Shown: positions 1 through 12,850 of the stretch, piece after piece
Position numbering within the stretch: position 1 is the first letter of the stretch
How the letters are laid out: the number at the start of each line of letters is the position of its first letter
NCBI RefSeq assembly: GCF_006345805.1
Contig: NC_043000.1
Span: 61,194,001 to 61,258,000 of the forward strand
Origin: Octopus sinensis
Lineage: Eukaryota
Direction: 5' to 3'
DNA: 64,000 nucleotides
The notes under the pieces: model-generated
The model's input: the letters and a program-made list of their open reading frames with translations, nothing else
The model's database searches: none
Told to the model about the DNA's origin: nothing
Made by a program: the position numbers and the translations under genes

Positions 1-426
1 ATAAGAGGGTTCGACCAATATTACTTTCACTATCTATGGAACGTATATTTGTACATAAAAATTCAAGGAAATGGGTTATTGGGCTCAATGGAATTAAAAT
101 CAGTAAACGTAAGAATTGTTGTACAACTGTTTCAAATAAACATTATATAATACGTGCGAAATACGTATTTAACGATAAAGATTTGAGAAAGAACCTCGGA
201 TTTAGAGTTACTGACTAGTATTCAGGTATCTCGCAAAAGATATAGATTTGCAGACTAAATATTTTCTGTTAGGCGATTAGTAACAGTTCTTTAAGTACTG
301 ATTTCAAATACTGAAGAGGTGATAAAGTAAATACTAGTAGAGAATGTTGTCGATATAAGATATAATCCTTTAGAATTTCTAGCCTTGTGCTGATATATGA
401 GACTAGTATTATGCTTTCTATATTTA

Positions 427-524
427 CATACATACATACATACATATATATATATATGCATATATGTTTATGTATCTATATATGTATATATGTATATATG
501 TATATATATACGTATATATATATA

Positions 525-565
<41 letters not shown>

Positions 566-581
566 TATATATATTTATATA

Positions 582-614
<33 letters not shown>

Positions 615-700
615 ATACACACACACACGCACATATATGTATATATATATATACACGCACACACGCATACAATTAGTTTCACACGCACAAACACACACAT
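427..700. repeat. Compound microsatellite (TACA/TA/TATG/CA)
   Basis: Directly visible; explains the low-complexity ORFs at 387-851. Confidence 0.95.
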
Positions 701-799
701 ACACAATCAGTTTCTGAGACACACACGTCAGGTACATATGCGTGCGTGATATATATGTGTTTATGTACGCGTTCGCTCCACGACATTCTTTTAATAACC

Positions 800-1050
800 T
801 GAAAACATATTGAGAATATTGTAACTGGGCAGCAAAGTTACCTTGAGACAATTAGTGGTTATTCAATTACAAAAGATGTCACAATAGCATATGAGCCATC
901 ATATCACACACGATTTCAATCTAATTTATCTGCAAATCCTAAACTAAAGTGCCAGAATTGCGAAGATTAATTGACAGATTGTCACTTGTAGCCCTTTTAT
1001 ATCGGAATTGAAACGAATGCAACTGCATGATTTCTATGACAACATCTAAT
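800..1050 (+). mobile_element. Possible highly decayed non-LTR retrotransposon C-terminal fragment (Zn-knuckle region)
   Basis: Frameshifted translation ...NPKLKCQNCED / QIVTCSPFISELKRMQLHD loosely resembles the C..C..ETI.HIV..C..L....Y..RHD region of RLE-type LINEs (compare the 56542-56748 ORF). Confidence 0.2.
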
Positions 1051-1224
1051 TTTTAATGGATACATTCCTGCCTAACAGCATGTTCTACACCTTTCTCTCT
1101 CTCTCGTTTTTTAGGTTCATGGCTGTTGCTGTCATGATAACAGAAAACTGGACTCTATGTTTGATTATATGCAACTGGATTTCTTTTGTTTCGGAATTCA
1201 AGTCACAATAAAATCAGTTTATCT

Positions 1225-1450
1225 TTATTTTATGGTTGCCTGAAATAAAATAGCTGCAAGTAATACACTAAATATGCTTTGCGGTATTTCTTCTGGAACC
1301 CAGTATTCTGAATAAAAATCCGCCAACTTGCCTAAAATATGCAGCCTCACCAATCTGCTGGTCTTGTGTGGCGAATGAGGCAAATTCCTTAAACAGAGGT
1401 AAATATCAAAGAGATGTTGCCCGGCAGGGTCGTGAGAGGGATTCATTCTG
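1225..1450 (-). mobile_element. Possible decayed RLE-type LINE fragment
   Basis: A frame absent from the ORF track reads EFASFATQDQQIGEAAYFRQVGGFLFRILGSRRNTAKHI, loosely like ETEGFIIAAQDQ...CR.C...ETI.HI at 56.7 kb. Confidence 0.25.
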
Positions 1451-2299
1451 TTAATATCCTTCTGGTATATAATGCGCGAGACTAATAATGACCCAAATCG
1501 ATATAAGCCAAATATTATGTGAAAAGAAAAGAAGTCTATAATCTATGTGGTGTTACATACTGTGGGTAGTGATCTTTGGTCTGGAGCCATTAGCAAACTT
1601 AGGAATTATAAGAAGATTTTTGGATACATTCGCCTGAGTCTTGAGCTTCGTCTTTATCATATATATGTTTTTACTTTTCAATACAGTTGTTCCTTAAATT
1701 GAACCCGTGCCAGTGTAAATCATCGATATCTTTAATCAATAGTATGATGCATTCTACTCTAAATGGTTCACTTTTATTCAGTGTCATTTATCCGAAACCT
1801 TTGTGTAGTCACATGTTATAGTACGTAACCATGCCAGTGAAGTTACGTACGTTTTGTATGCGTGTTTTATTTCAACATTAATGTATAATGTTTGTTCTAA
1901 GACTATTTGATCTTCAACTGTGTTGTCCAGCATAATGTGGAGAATTAAACATTATCGTGAAACATAATTGTATGTGCTTTAATATATATACACATTACAT
2001 TTTTGGTATAATTTCATATTTATGATGCTGGTTAACTAATGTTCTCCCAAAAAGTGTGTATGAAAAAAAAAGCAAAAAACAAAAAAAAACACAAAGCGAT
2101 ATATATTCAAAAACGTTTAGATTAGAAAGGAAAATAAAACATATGAAAGTTATTTGATATTTACCTGTGAATTAGAGCTGAGAATGATATTCTAGGAAGC
2201 AGGTGCTTGAGAGAAATATATTGATATTGATTCCTTTCCATTAAATAGGAAGCCAATATTTATATGAAAGTGGGTACATGCAATTGTTTTCTTTTATTA

Positions 2300-2760
2300 G
2301 TTTCATTTGAATAAGTGAGGGCGGTCTGTGCAGGTTTTATTATTAGTTTTGCCTGAATGAGTGAATGGGGATGCCTTCCCAAGCCATACTAGAATGGTGT
2401 GATATATGTGGTTAATGTTCCTTTTAAACTGTTGCAAGTTGGTAAATATGGACAGAGAGGAAATTCTATAGAGTAAAGATCACGGGAGGAAGAAATGAAC
2501 GTTTCATCTGGTGTGGGGTCTAGGATGATGGATGACGCAATATAGGTTACAAAAGAAGGCGAGACAAGTGAATATGGGTGTCTAAATGAGTGAGGCACGA
2601 GACGAAATCAGAAGAACTGAGATCATAGTAAAGGAGGTTGAAAAATCCAACAGAAGGGGTAGCATGTCTATGAATTTGAGACGAGAAAATGCCGGATGGG
2701 CATTTTGGGATTAAAATAAAGTCACCTTCAGTGTATTACCAAATACCACTTTAGAAGTGT
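2300..2760 (-). mobile_element. Decayed retroelement-like fragment, clade unresolved
   Basis: GC-richer than flanks, with interrupted frames (ORF 2389-2598); no diagnostic motif recognised. Confidence 0.2.
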
Positions 2761-2789
2761 TTGAACGAAGAGCATTGCGTAGTTGTAGT

Positions 2790-2965
2790 AAATATTGTTT
2801 ACAAGTTTTAGCACAAGACCAACAATCCCGGGGGAAGGGACAAGTCGATTACGTTGACCCCAGTACTCAACTAGTATTTATTTTATCGACTCTGAAAGGA
2901 TGAAAGGCAAGGACAGAATTTGAGTTCAGGACGTAAATACGGACGAAATGCCGCTAAGCATTTTA
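2790..2965 (-). mobile_element. SINE family B copy (degraded)
   Basis: gtcgattacgttgacccc...ttatcgactctgaaaggatgaaaggcaa...gaatttgagttcaggacgta matches the reverse complement of 54047-54280. Confidence 0.8.
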
Positions 2966-3070
2966 CATAACAGTAGTAGATATTAGAAAATATTTAGAAA
3001 TAGTACGTTATTTCTGAGTATATTTCAGTGGATACGCTAATCATTCACCTTGCTGTCTTATTACGAGATA

Positions 3071-3780
3071 CAGTAGCGGCCATAATATCAGGATCAGTAA
3101 GAACAAGTGTATTGAAGTATTTATTATAGAAGATTAACAAAATGTTGTGATTAGATATTTTACACATATTTAACTATCTTTCGTGAAAATTTCAAGTGAA
3201 TAGAATAAATATTTCGTAAGTTATAAGGAAATAAACAAATAATCTTCCAAACTGTAACGGCCCACTTAGAAAAACAATGAAAAATGGAACAAGAACAAAA
3301 AAGAAACCCTTACTATTATTATTTTGCAAACACCCCTTTACTGTCAATGACCTCCTGATATCTGTTACAACAGGACTGAATCAATTCCTTGCAAAATGGT
3401 AGAGTAATATTGTTCTATTCGTTTTTCAATAATTCCCAGAGTTCATCTTGGTTCTTTGGCTTTCTCCTTCGCGCCCTATCTCCAATAATCTTCGAAACGT
3501 TTTCTATAGGGTTGGGATCAGGACACTGAGGTGAACAGTTCATACGATCAACCCTTTCATCAATCAAAAAATCTTTGACTCTCTTCTCAGTGTGAAAGGG
3601 AGCGTTGTTCTTCACGAAGATAGGAGGTTGAACAAGGATCGGAGATGTGGAAGGGCATACTGACTAAGAATCTGCTTGTAGATTTCAGCAGTGACAGTCC
3701 CTTGTCGGCAAATAAGAGGACCAGGACCAGCATCTTCAATACACTTGTTCTTACTGACCCTTATATTATGGCCGCTATTG
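3071..3780 (-). mobile_element. Internally deleted Tc1-family DNA transposon with both TIRs and TA target duplication
   Basis: TA|CAGTAGCGGCCATAATATCAGGATCAGTAAGAACAAGTGTATTGAAG (3071-3117) is inverted at 3734-3780|TA with few mismatches. The minus strand reads GPGPL..QGTVTAEIYKQIL and NAPFHT..SPQCPDPNPIENV..ELWELL (Tc1 DDE C-terminal half). Confidence 0.92.
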
Positions 3781-4370
3781 TATATTAACTGAGTAAAATT
3801 CCTTGCAGTAGTTGCAGTAGTGCAAAAGCATGGGTTTCTACCATAAGATAAACTCAGTATTCTGCAGTAGGATCAGTATTGATTCAATATTCACATTAAC
3901 AGCATGAAATAACTGGGCTATTAATGAAGAAGAATGTGAATCTCTTGCTTTGAAAGAAAACAGAAGTTCTATATAAATATATTTTGTTTAATTACTAGTA
4001 AATTAGCAAGCGCATAATCTTTTACAATTTTACAATTTATCTTGTACTCGTTTCGATCATTAGACTCCGGCCAAAATGTCAACGTATAAAATAAATAATA
4101 GATATTGATTGATAATTATACTAGTTACGTTTTTTATGATAACAGAAGAAACAAAAAAATTGAAAAGTTATTTACGAGAAAAGAATATACTCCGTCTATT
4201 TGAACGTTTGGAAATATATAAAGAAACTACGCTTACACAATAATAAGGTTTCAATATTGGAAGATCATTTGAGGGGGAAAAAAACAAAATTTTGTTCAAT
4301 ATTATATAACTAATTTTTGTTTTGAAAGATTAAATATTTTGATAATTTTCAATTGGGAAATTTTCAGCTA

Positions 4371-4454
4371 CCACACACACACACACACGCGCGCACACAC
4401 ACACACGCGCGCGCACACACACACACGCGCGCACATAGACACACACCACATACA

Positions 4455-4497
<43 letters not shown>

Positions 4498-4500
4498 TAT
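4371..4500. repeat. (CA)n/(CG) compound microsatellite
   Basis: Directly visible. Confidence 0.95.
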
Positions 4501-5150
4501 GTCTACTGGGGTTTGATTTAATAATAGCGCAACGAGCAAATCGATTTATAAAATATACTTTTAAATTATTCGAAGAGAAATATCAAAAATTGATATTTGA
4601 ATCTACAAAGAATGAAGTCAAAAATTTCAATAAACGATTTAATTCTTTTTGGCAACGAGAGGCGGAGCATATGAAAACAATATCTTTTGTTATAATGATA
4701 ATCACAATATATACTTTTTATGGAAGATAAATAAGATGAGGTGGTTTGAATATCTTTCTTAAAGTAATTACCATTATAACGCAGGTGCGTATACTGACTT
4801 AGGTTATCAAAGTATGTTGTATTTAGTGAATTATATAAAAGAGGAGATGAGAAGCTCGTGCCAAAGAATACCTGAAGGGAATAATAGGAAGAATGCTAAA
4901 TGAAATGTTAGTGGTTAAAAAACTTTAACGGTTGTTTTAAAAAATCACTTATTGTCGTTGTGTTTACCATGTAGGCAGTCATCGAAATTTTTGTTTGTCT
5001 TGTTGCCGAGAGAGGCTCACTTTCTTTCCTGATCAGAAGATTGCATCATACACCCTTTATTCCTTTGGAATGAAACCATGTGGTCTTCGAAACATATGTC
5101 GAGAGTAAATTAATTTTGTTAACATCTTCGTTTGACACCATTCTTTCATT

Positions 5151-5197
<47 letters not shown>

Positions 5198-5218
5198 TAC
5201 ACACACATATACATGCAT

Positions 5219-5272
<54 letters not shown>

Positions 5273-6586
5273 GTAGGTCTGTCTTCATTCCAAATCCTAC
5301 TTCAACCCCTAGCAAGGCTAAAGAGAAATTGGGAAAGCGGGATCAGGAACAACTAGAACGGAATTCTTTTTTTAAATTATGAATTATTTTATCTTCGTTC
5401 ATGACGTCAACAGAATATTTACTACTACCTCAACTAAATTATGGATAGTGAAATTTATGATAGGCACCTGTCAGATTTTATGATTCGTTCTACAGTTTTC
5501 GACATATGTGAATTGTAAGTTTTAATAATTACTAATTACCAAGGTGATTCAAAAAGTAAATATACTATGAAAAATAAGAAAGGACTTGGTCCTCATGAGA
5601 TTGCTTCACATGGCTGATTATAATTCTAAGCTGATAATTCAATTAAACAACGCCGAAAGGATGGTAATTTATCTATTTTTTTTTAAAGCAAAATAAGTGC
5701 AGTGAGCTCTTAATGAAAATCGATAAACTTTCAGTTAATAGTACATTCTTTTTCAATTTCGTATTTCAGCACTTGGCTCCTTTGCTTGTGTTATCTTCGG
5801 TAGCAGTCTCCAATATAACTTTCATAAGATAAAAAAAGTCCAGAAAAGACTAATCAAAGTAGATTTTAGATCAATTGACGATCAACCCCGGCAACCAAAA
5901 AGCTAGAAGGAAAGATTATTAATTTGTTAGAGCTTATATCTTTTGCTGTTCGCGTACAAGTCTTCTGTGCTTTCCATTTGTGTTTTAATTTTAAGATGGC
6001 ATCGTTTTTCTTATGCGGTCAATAAAATTACGTGACACAAAAAAGAATCTACATTTCACATCACTTGAATCCTATAATGCTTCGTTTTTTTAAAGATTTT
6101 TCTAGACGTACAAACTTAAATATCAGGAACAATATTTGAATTTGTGGTGCAAATACTTGTTGAGTTACGACGTATACAATAAGTCATGCATTTAGAATGA
6201 GTACACCATGTCTAGTAAATACTTACTGAAAATGTCGACAATATTTGAAATAAAGAAGACCAACTTTTATAAAAGAGAAAAAGAGCTGAAAGAAAAATAA
6301 ATCTTAGCAAGAACTACAATAATTATTGCGGGAACAACAAAAACAACTGAAAACCATTCAATTCAAAAATCATTTGTTATTACTTGTACCGAAATATATT
6401 TTTCAGTTGCTAGCGGTTATATTGGCGTTCCGATTTATTTCTGACACTTGTGCACTATTAAAAAAGCTACCATATTTATAAGATTTACACGAAATTTAAG
6501 ATTTATTTCTTCAAAATATTGAAAATTTTATTATGGACTACATATAATAGGAACTGCTAATCTATGCTTATTTAATAGAAGTACAA

Positions 6587-6587
<1 letters not shown>

Positions 6588-6629
<42 letters not shown>

Positions 6630-6666
6630 ATAGATATACATACATATGTACATACTTATATATATA

Positions 6667-6709
<43 letters not shown>

Positions 6710-6753
6710 GCATGCATATATATATATATATACATACATATACACATACAAAC

Positions 6754-6830
<77 letters not shown>

Positions 6831-6848
6831 GTGTGTGTGTGTGTGTGT
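6588..6848. repeat. Compound (TA)n/(CA)n/(TG)n microsatellite
   Basis: Directly visible. Confidence 0.95.
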
Positions 6849-9270
6849 AAAGGGAGAGGAACGAACTGATACCATTATTTGAATGAAACCTACAGGCATA
6901 ATCTATAATACTGATTTTCTGTGTATTAATTTTCATTTACAAGGATTGACTTAAGAAGAGACACTTAAAGGAGGCACTACACATTGGGTTTCGGAGCCAT
7001 AGAGACCATATGCGTGCAAGCCATTTGACTAAGCCTTCATACATCCACTCGTGTATATATCCACACAAACATTCATAGGTGGAAGCAAGCTAGTTTGGGA
7101 ACCTACTACATCGTTTTTGAAAATAACTGTGAGACCCTCCCAAAAAACACACCCAGTTATCTTAAAATAGGAAAGAGACACCGGAGGAATTTATTCATAA
7201 GATGAATAGAAGGGATGAATGATCATAGTTTTCGTTATGCCTTTACCCAACAGGATTAACACAGGGTCAAACAACAGCAATGAAAATACATACAATAACA
7301 TAGTCAATCTAGCGTTCATACATACATTACACAGATAGATGCACATGAAAGTATACATACGCTTACACACACATATAGACGCCCACACGCTCGCAGTTAA
7401 GAGAAAAGAAAAATATTTTCAAAACTGAACGATAAAGAGTATAAAAGAGGCTTAGTTTGGACTTTTCTATGAATTATATTTTAAAAACCTTCTGCTTGTT
7501 TTATTGTTGATGTTGTTGATATTGCAGTATAAGGTTCGAAAAGTCTACGGTGAAGCTAAGACAGAAAATCAATACTCTATTAGAAAATAAAAGTACTTTT
7601 AATCAAAGGTTACAATGAAATGTATATATTAAGTATAAATATAATGCGTCGATATTTGTGTTACTACGACAACAGCAATCAACTCAAATTGGTTCTCTGT
7701 ATCATATTATCAAAAATATAAGAATAGAAAAAGAAATAAAGTTAACAAATGAGAAATGAAAAGACTACATCCCATCTTGAACAAACTTAGAGAGAAATAC
7801 ACACGCCTGCAATTGCTCGCGTACACACACACATATACATGCAAACATCTCTATGTGTATATACATGTATATGTGCACAAACACACACACACACACACAA
7901 GAATACATACACATACATCTAGATATACATACACTTATATATATATATATATATATATACGAGTGAACGGACAAACAAAAGAAGGGCACTCAACCAATTT
8001 ATTGGGTGTTAGATGTATGGATCATGTGCGAATGCACATGTGCACTCGCATCTAAGTGTGCGAATACACATGTGAATACACATATGTATACATGAAGGAA
8101 TACGCATGCGTGTATATGCGCGTATGTGTGTGCATGTGTGCGTACGCGTGTGTATGTGTGTGCGTGTGTGTGCGTGTGTGTGCGTGTGTGTGTATACGTG
8201 TGTTCGTCCAAGTGTGAGTGTATGCGACCATGTACAGTTGCGCACATTCACATCAATATACACATGGATGCAAAGCTATATGAGCGCCCCTACACACCCA
8301 CATAAAGAACTATATACTTGCAGATACCGCCCCTTCTTACTTCCTATACCAACAACCTGACCGATTTCTAATGACCACATCATCTATTTCTTCTCCTTCA
8401 CGTGGTCAATGACCTGTTCACCATGCGATATTATCCAGCTAACTCTTATCTACATACCAACATCAAAACACAACACCGCGTGACTTATCTCGACCAATCG
8501 TAGCCCACCTTACGGTAATAACAATCAACTTCTTTAATTCAAATTCAAAATGGCAGACGACTAGCATCACGCTTGAAACTCAAGAGTTCCAACGAATTCT
8601 AGTCAAACTGTTTTGATCCATATATATTATATATATATATATATAATATATATATATATATATCTATAATGTATTTCTCAGTTATGACTTAAACTGTATC
8701 TAGTAGTGGAGTCTTGGCACGGAAATCGTAAGGTTTTCAGCAGTATGGCCTCGTCTCTTAGCCACTATTGTTCACAGGTTAACTCTGACACTTAGTAGTA
8801 ACATGTTAGGATCCTAACTATGGGTTAACTAGAATATGAGTCACTGGGATTGAAGTATTCCCAGTTATCGTTAAAACTGCTTTTTAGGGGAAGGCAAACT
8901 CGTTTTAAAAGAAGACCTGAAGTGCAGTTGGTTTCTGGTCGTCTCAATTACTGTTGTACCATTGATGTTATGGCTGGTGCAATGTAATGTAGGTTCTGTG
9001 CTGAATGGCAATTATATCGACGCAACAAATTACTACAAGGGCACTTCTTGGACTCTCGAGACACACACTCACACATTTATGTATATAATTTATATACGTA
9101 TATATTATTTATTTATTTACACACACTGCATGAATATCTATTTTTATGTATCCTATAACAAACATGTAACATACATATAAATACACATGTATATAGTTAT
9201 ACACACACACACACACACACACAGATATATATATATATATATATATTATATACACACTTATGATGTATAA

Positions 9271-9362
<92 letters not shown>
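9271..9362. repeat. (TATC)n tetranucleotide microsatellite
   Basis: Perfect array directly abutting SINE C copy. Confidence 0.95.
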
Positions 9363-9585
9363 GTGTTTATTGAGCGAAAACGCCTAAAGCTCCACGAGGA
9401 TCCGGCAGGGGGTGGTGGCGATCCCTGCTGTACTCTTTCGCCACAACTTTCACTCTTTCTTCTGTTGGCCTGCTCGCTTAGCCAGCGGGGTGGCGTCATT
9501 TGAAGGCTAAAACAATGGGAAGCACATTGTGACCAGCGATGTGTAGCAACATCTGAGCGCCTGGTCGTTCACGTGATCACGTGAT
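9363..9585 (+). mobile_element. SINE family C, 5'-truncated
   Basis: gtgtttattgagcgaaaacgcctaaagctccacgagg... is shared with 39306+ and the reverse complement of 58131-58440; ends in (cacgtgat)2 then (TA)n. Confidence 0.85.
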
Positions 9586-9618
9586 ATATATATACATACA
9601 TATATATATATATGTATG

Positions 9619-9695
<77 letters not shown>

Positions 9696-9701
<6 letters not shown>

Positions 9702-10019
9702 GGCTTAGTAAAATAAATTACTTTGCCGATAAAAGCCGAAAGGGTATGCTCCCACTTTCAGTGTTTTCAAATCCAAACCAGGGAGTTCTGAGCTGATGAT
9801 AGAAGGTCGAGTTTGACTAATCTTGAAACGTACGTTCTCAATAACCTTTGCATTTGATTTTTAATGTCTCTACCCCCATCTTTCGTGATTGAATTGAGCA
9901 AACACTATATGAGAGAGGTTTTCTTAAGTATTAGAAATAGTTTTAAAAAAGTTTTTTTGGCTGCTATTTCTAATGAGTTCAGTATGCGGCAAAGTAATTT
10001 ATTTTACTAAGCCCTTTTA
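9696..10019 (+). mobile_element. Short element with 33-bp perfect terminal inverted repeat and internal hammerhead-like motif (Penelope pLTR-like or MITE)
   Basis: taaaagggcttagtaaaataaattactttgccg (9696-9728) is the exact reverse complement of 9987-10019; hammerhead-like fold at 9789-9840. Confidence 0.7.
9789..9840 (+). ncRNA. Minimal type-I hammerhead ribozyme-like motif
   Basis: TGAG-CTGATGA-T[AGA A GGTC GAGTTT GACT AA TCT]T-GAA-ACGTACGT-T-CTCA. Stem I has 4 bp and stem III is palindromic; U/U mismatch at the base of stem II. Confidence 0.5.
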
Positions 10020-10282
10020 CATAATGTAATAATTGAATTCGCCTTAAATGGTCCCTTTGCATACTGAATACTTGGGAAATTGATTAATTAATTAATTTTA
10101 CCCTCATTGTTGAAATTATAATTCATCTCTCTCTATATAATGCCTCGGATTTTACCGAAAAAAGCATAGTGTTTACTGATTTTAACCCACGCTGGTGGAA
10201 AGGGGAGAGCAGAAATTCTTCGCTTGCATATTTGAGTTTGCTGGCACTGTTAGTTTCGAGCAGATCTTCAGAAGCGATAGAG

Positions 10283-10669
10283 AAGCCGAAAGGGTAGCTC
10301 CACTTTCAGTGTTTTCAAATCAAACCAGGGAGTTCTGAGCTGATGATAGAAGTGTCGAGTTTGACTAATCTTGAAACGTACGTCTCAAAATAACCTTTGC
10401 ATTTGATTTTTAATGTCTCTACCCCCATACTTTCGTGAGTTGAATTGAGCAAACACTATATGAGAGAGGTTTTCTTTAAGTATTAGAAATAGTTTTAAAA
10501 AAGTTTTTTTTGGCTGCTATTTCTAATGAGTTCAGTATGCGGCAAAGTAATTTATTTTACTAAGCCTTTTTATATAATGTAATAATTTGAATTCGCCTTA
10601 AATGGTCCCTTTGCATACTGAATACTTGGTGAAATGATAATTAATTAATTTTACCTCAATTGTTGAAAT
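10283..10669 (+). repeat. Second, noisy copy of 9733-10116 (includes hammerhead-like motif at ~10336-10386)
   Basis: Near-identical sequence differing mainly by single-base indels; probably a haplotype/assembly duplication. Confidence 0.85.
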
Positions 10670-11171
10670 ATTATTTATATATATATATATATATTATATA
10701 GCATTTTATATATGTTTGTATATAGGGATACAAATAAGTATGTATAATATATTGTATAGTTTTATATATTGGTGAAGTTTTATGGTATTGAGCTCGTTTA
10801 ATTTTAAACCGTCAAAATATATATCCCTCATTTGCAAGACATTATTTACTAAATAATATAATTTATACTTCAGACTTTTGATATATTATTTGAAACATAA
10901 GTCTTTAGAATCGATATTAGCAGCAGGAAAACGAAGAAAAAGAAAAACTGCGTTCGCAAAACTAAAAACGTTTTCTTGTTGCCGTTATATGGACAGAATA
11001 AATTTCTAAAAATTCATTGGAAAAGAGAAAACATTATTTACAGAGAAAGAAATATTAAACCTTGAATTGAACAAATTGGAATCCCATACAAATCATATGA
11101 TTTCAGAATCGACTTTATTGATTCTTCTTTAAACAGATATTTGAAAGCAGTATTAAACTGGATCGCTTTAT

Positions 11172-11219
<48 letters not shown>

Positions 11220-11228
11220 TATATATAT

Positions 11229-11326
<98 letters not shown>

Positions 11327-11659
11327 CATGGAGTTTATTGGAGAATTCTGTGAAGCTGTACGAAACAAATGAAAGTTTCGTACTGCTGAAAAAAGTATGA
11401 GTAAATAATCACGAACGTATTTGAATGGCTTTGTATTAGTTTTAACAAATGGTACTGGTATGTGGAATTCATAACTGACTATAAAAATGTCCATGTTTGA
11501 TGGATTTACAAAACAGCAGAACTGATACGTGCCATGTTTTACTGACACATAGGCTACTTAGTAACGTACTTGTTTTATCCGAATCTGAAAACTTTTGTAG
11601 AGCCAAAAGTAAAGCAAATCTCCTTTTACAACGTATGTGCGTACAGTTAGAGATGATGA

Positions 11660-11850
11660 GGAAATGGGGACACCTCTACATAGTCAATTGACCTCGTCAG
11701 ATAACCAGCTAACTCTCAACTAACTTTACTACTTTCAGAAGAAAAGGATATTCTAGCCTAAGTTAAACTAACATCGCAAAAATACTTTATGGTCACTGTT
11801 AGGACGTCTGTATTCGTAGGTCTGATCTAGAGTTGAACAAGGACAACAAT
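11660..11850 (-). repeat. Unclassified interspersed repeat (also ~17040-17165 + and ~62010-62200 +)
   Basis: Weak in-window similarity around gatttggctgctatttcta-like segments; family recalled from octopus repeats, not verified. Confidence 0.35.
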
Positions 11851-11859
11851 AACTAAGTT

Positions 11860-12442
11860 TGAAATGTATGAAAAATTTTGTGAGAATTCTTCGTAAAGAT
11901 TCGAGAATATGAGTTTTTCAGAAGTTACTGATAACTGAGGGAAAAGCATTAAATGTCAGTACACAGAATAGAGTTTTGGAGATCAGAAGTCAATCAATGC
12001 TGTTGTTAGCAATTAGAGCGTTTGAACTAAGCTTTGAAGAAAAAAGACCCGCTTTAGTGAATTGGAAAGGAGTGATATTTCATCAGGACAATGCAAAGGT
12101 CACATCACAGAAGATCGAAGAGCTTGGTTAGGAAAAAATTGCTCATCAACCTTATTCTCCTGACCTTGCTCCTTCAGACTACCATTTGTTTCGTAGTTTA
12201 CAGAATCATTTGGAGGACATAACTTTCGCAAGCCAGGAGGAGGTCGAAACTGAGATTTCAGAGTTCTTCGCTTTGAAACCAAAATAGTTTTATATTGAGA
12301 TTAAAAAAAACTTGTAAATAGATGGAAAGAAGTCATAGATAATCAGAGAAAGTACATCGATGATTAAATTTCAATTAAATATAACATTTGATCACTTGTT
12401 TTCTTTATTCAAAATTCGGACAGAACTTATGGGATAACCTGA
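11860..12442 (+). mobile_element. Mariner (DD34D) transposon 3' fragment, pseudogenised
   Basis: Translation with stops: KRPALVNWKGVIFHQDNAK...HQPYSPDLAPSDYHLFRSLQNHL...EFFALKPK...VNRWKEVIDNQRKYIDD*. Right TIR-like end ...gaacttatgggataacctga|TA; no left TIR seen. Confidence 0.92.
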
Positions 12443-12804
12443 TATGTATGTATCTGGCAATTTGCCTTTAATTTATCTATAGATCTATCAATATGCACAC
12501 ACGCGCACATATATGCATTAAAAGTTAAAGCTACATATATAAAAAAAAAACGTGATGTATATGTGCTTGCATGTGTGCGTGTGACTGTGGGTGTAGGTGT
12601 GTGACTACATGTGGGCGTGTTTGAGTTCAGAGGATAAAAATCTAGTTGCATAGGGAAAGTTGATAAATAGCTAGGCAGATGAGTTACCCATACATTAATT
12701 ACAGTATATACAAAAAATATTAATGGTCTATGTGCGTGTGTATGTGTGTGTGTGCGTGTGTGCGTACGTATGTGTATGTTTGTGTGCGTTTGTATGTGTG
12801 CCCA

Positions 12805-12850
<46 letters not shown>

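Noticed and set aside
36-218. ORF MERIFVHKN... with a gtaag donor at ~110, and acceptor-led FMAVAVMITENWTLCLIICNWISFVSEFKSQ* at ~1115
   Set aside because: The phases are incompatible for joining in the attractive frames; resemblance to DRAM/TMEM150 tails is too weak to call.
930-950. PKLKC peptide shared with a minus frame at ~18960, and a 15-mer shared between 95-109 and ~10170
   Set aside because: Such short matches are expected many times by chance in 64 kb of AT-rich DNA.
8400-8430. Minus-strand GTGAACAG-GTC ATT GAC resembling the G3-C8 core
   Set aside because: No GAAA or stem III follows; it matches the ggtcaattgacc repeat motif instead. The same applies to CTGACGAGGTCAATTGAC at ~11680-11700.
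11410-11650. ~80-codon frame interrupted only by two TGA codons (possible NUMT or recoding)
   Set aside because: No resemblance to any mitochondrial protein I recognise; compatible with chance or a decayed element.
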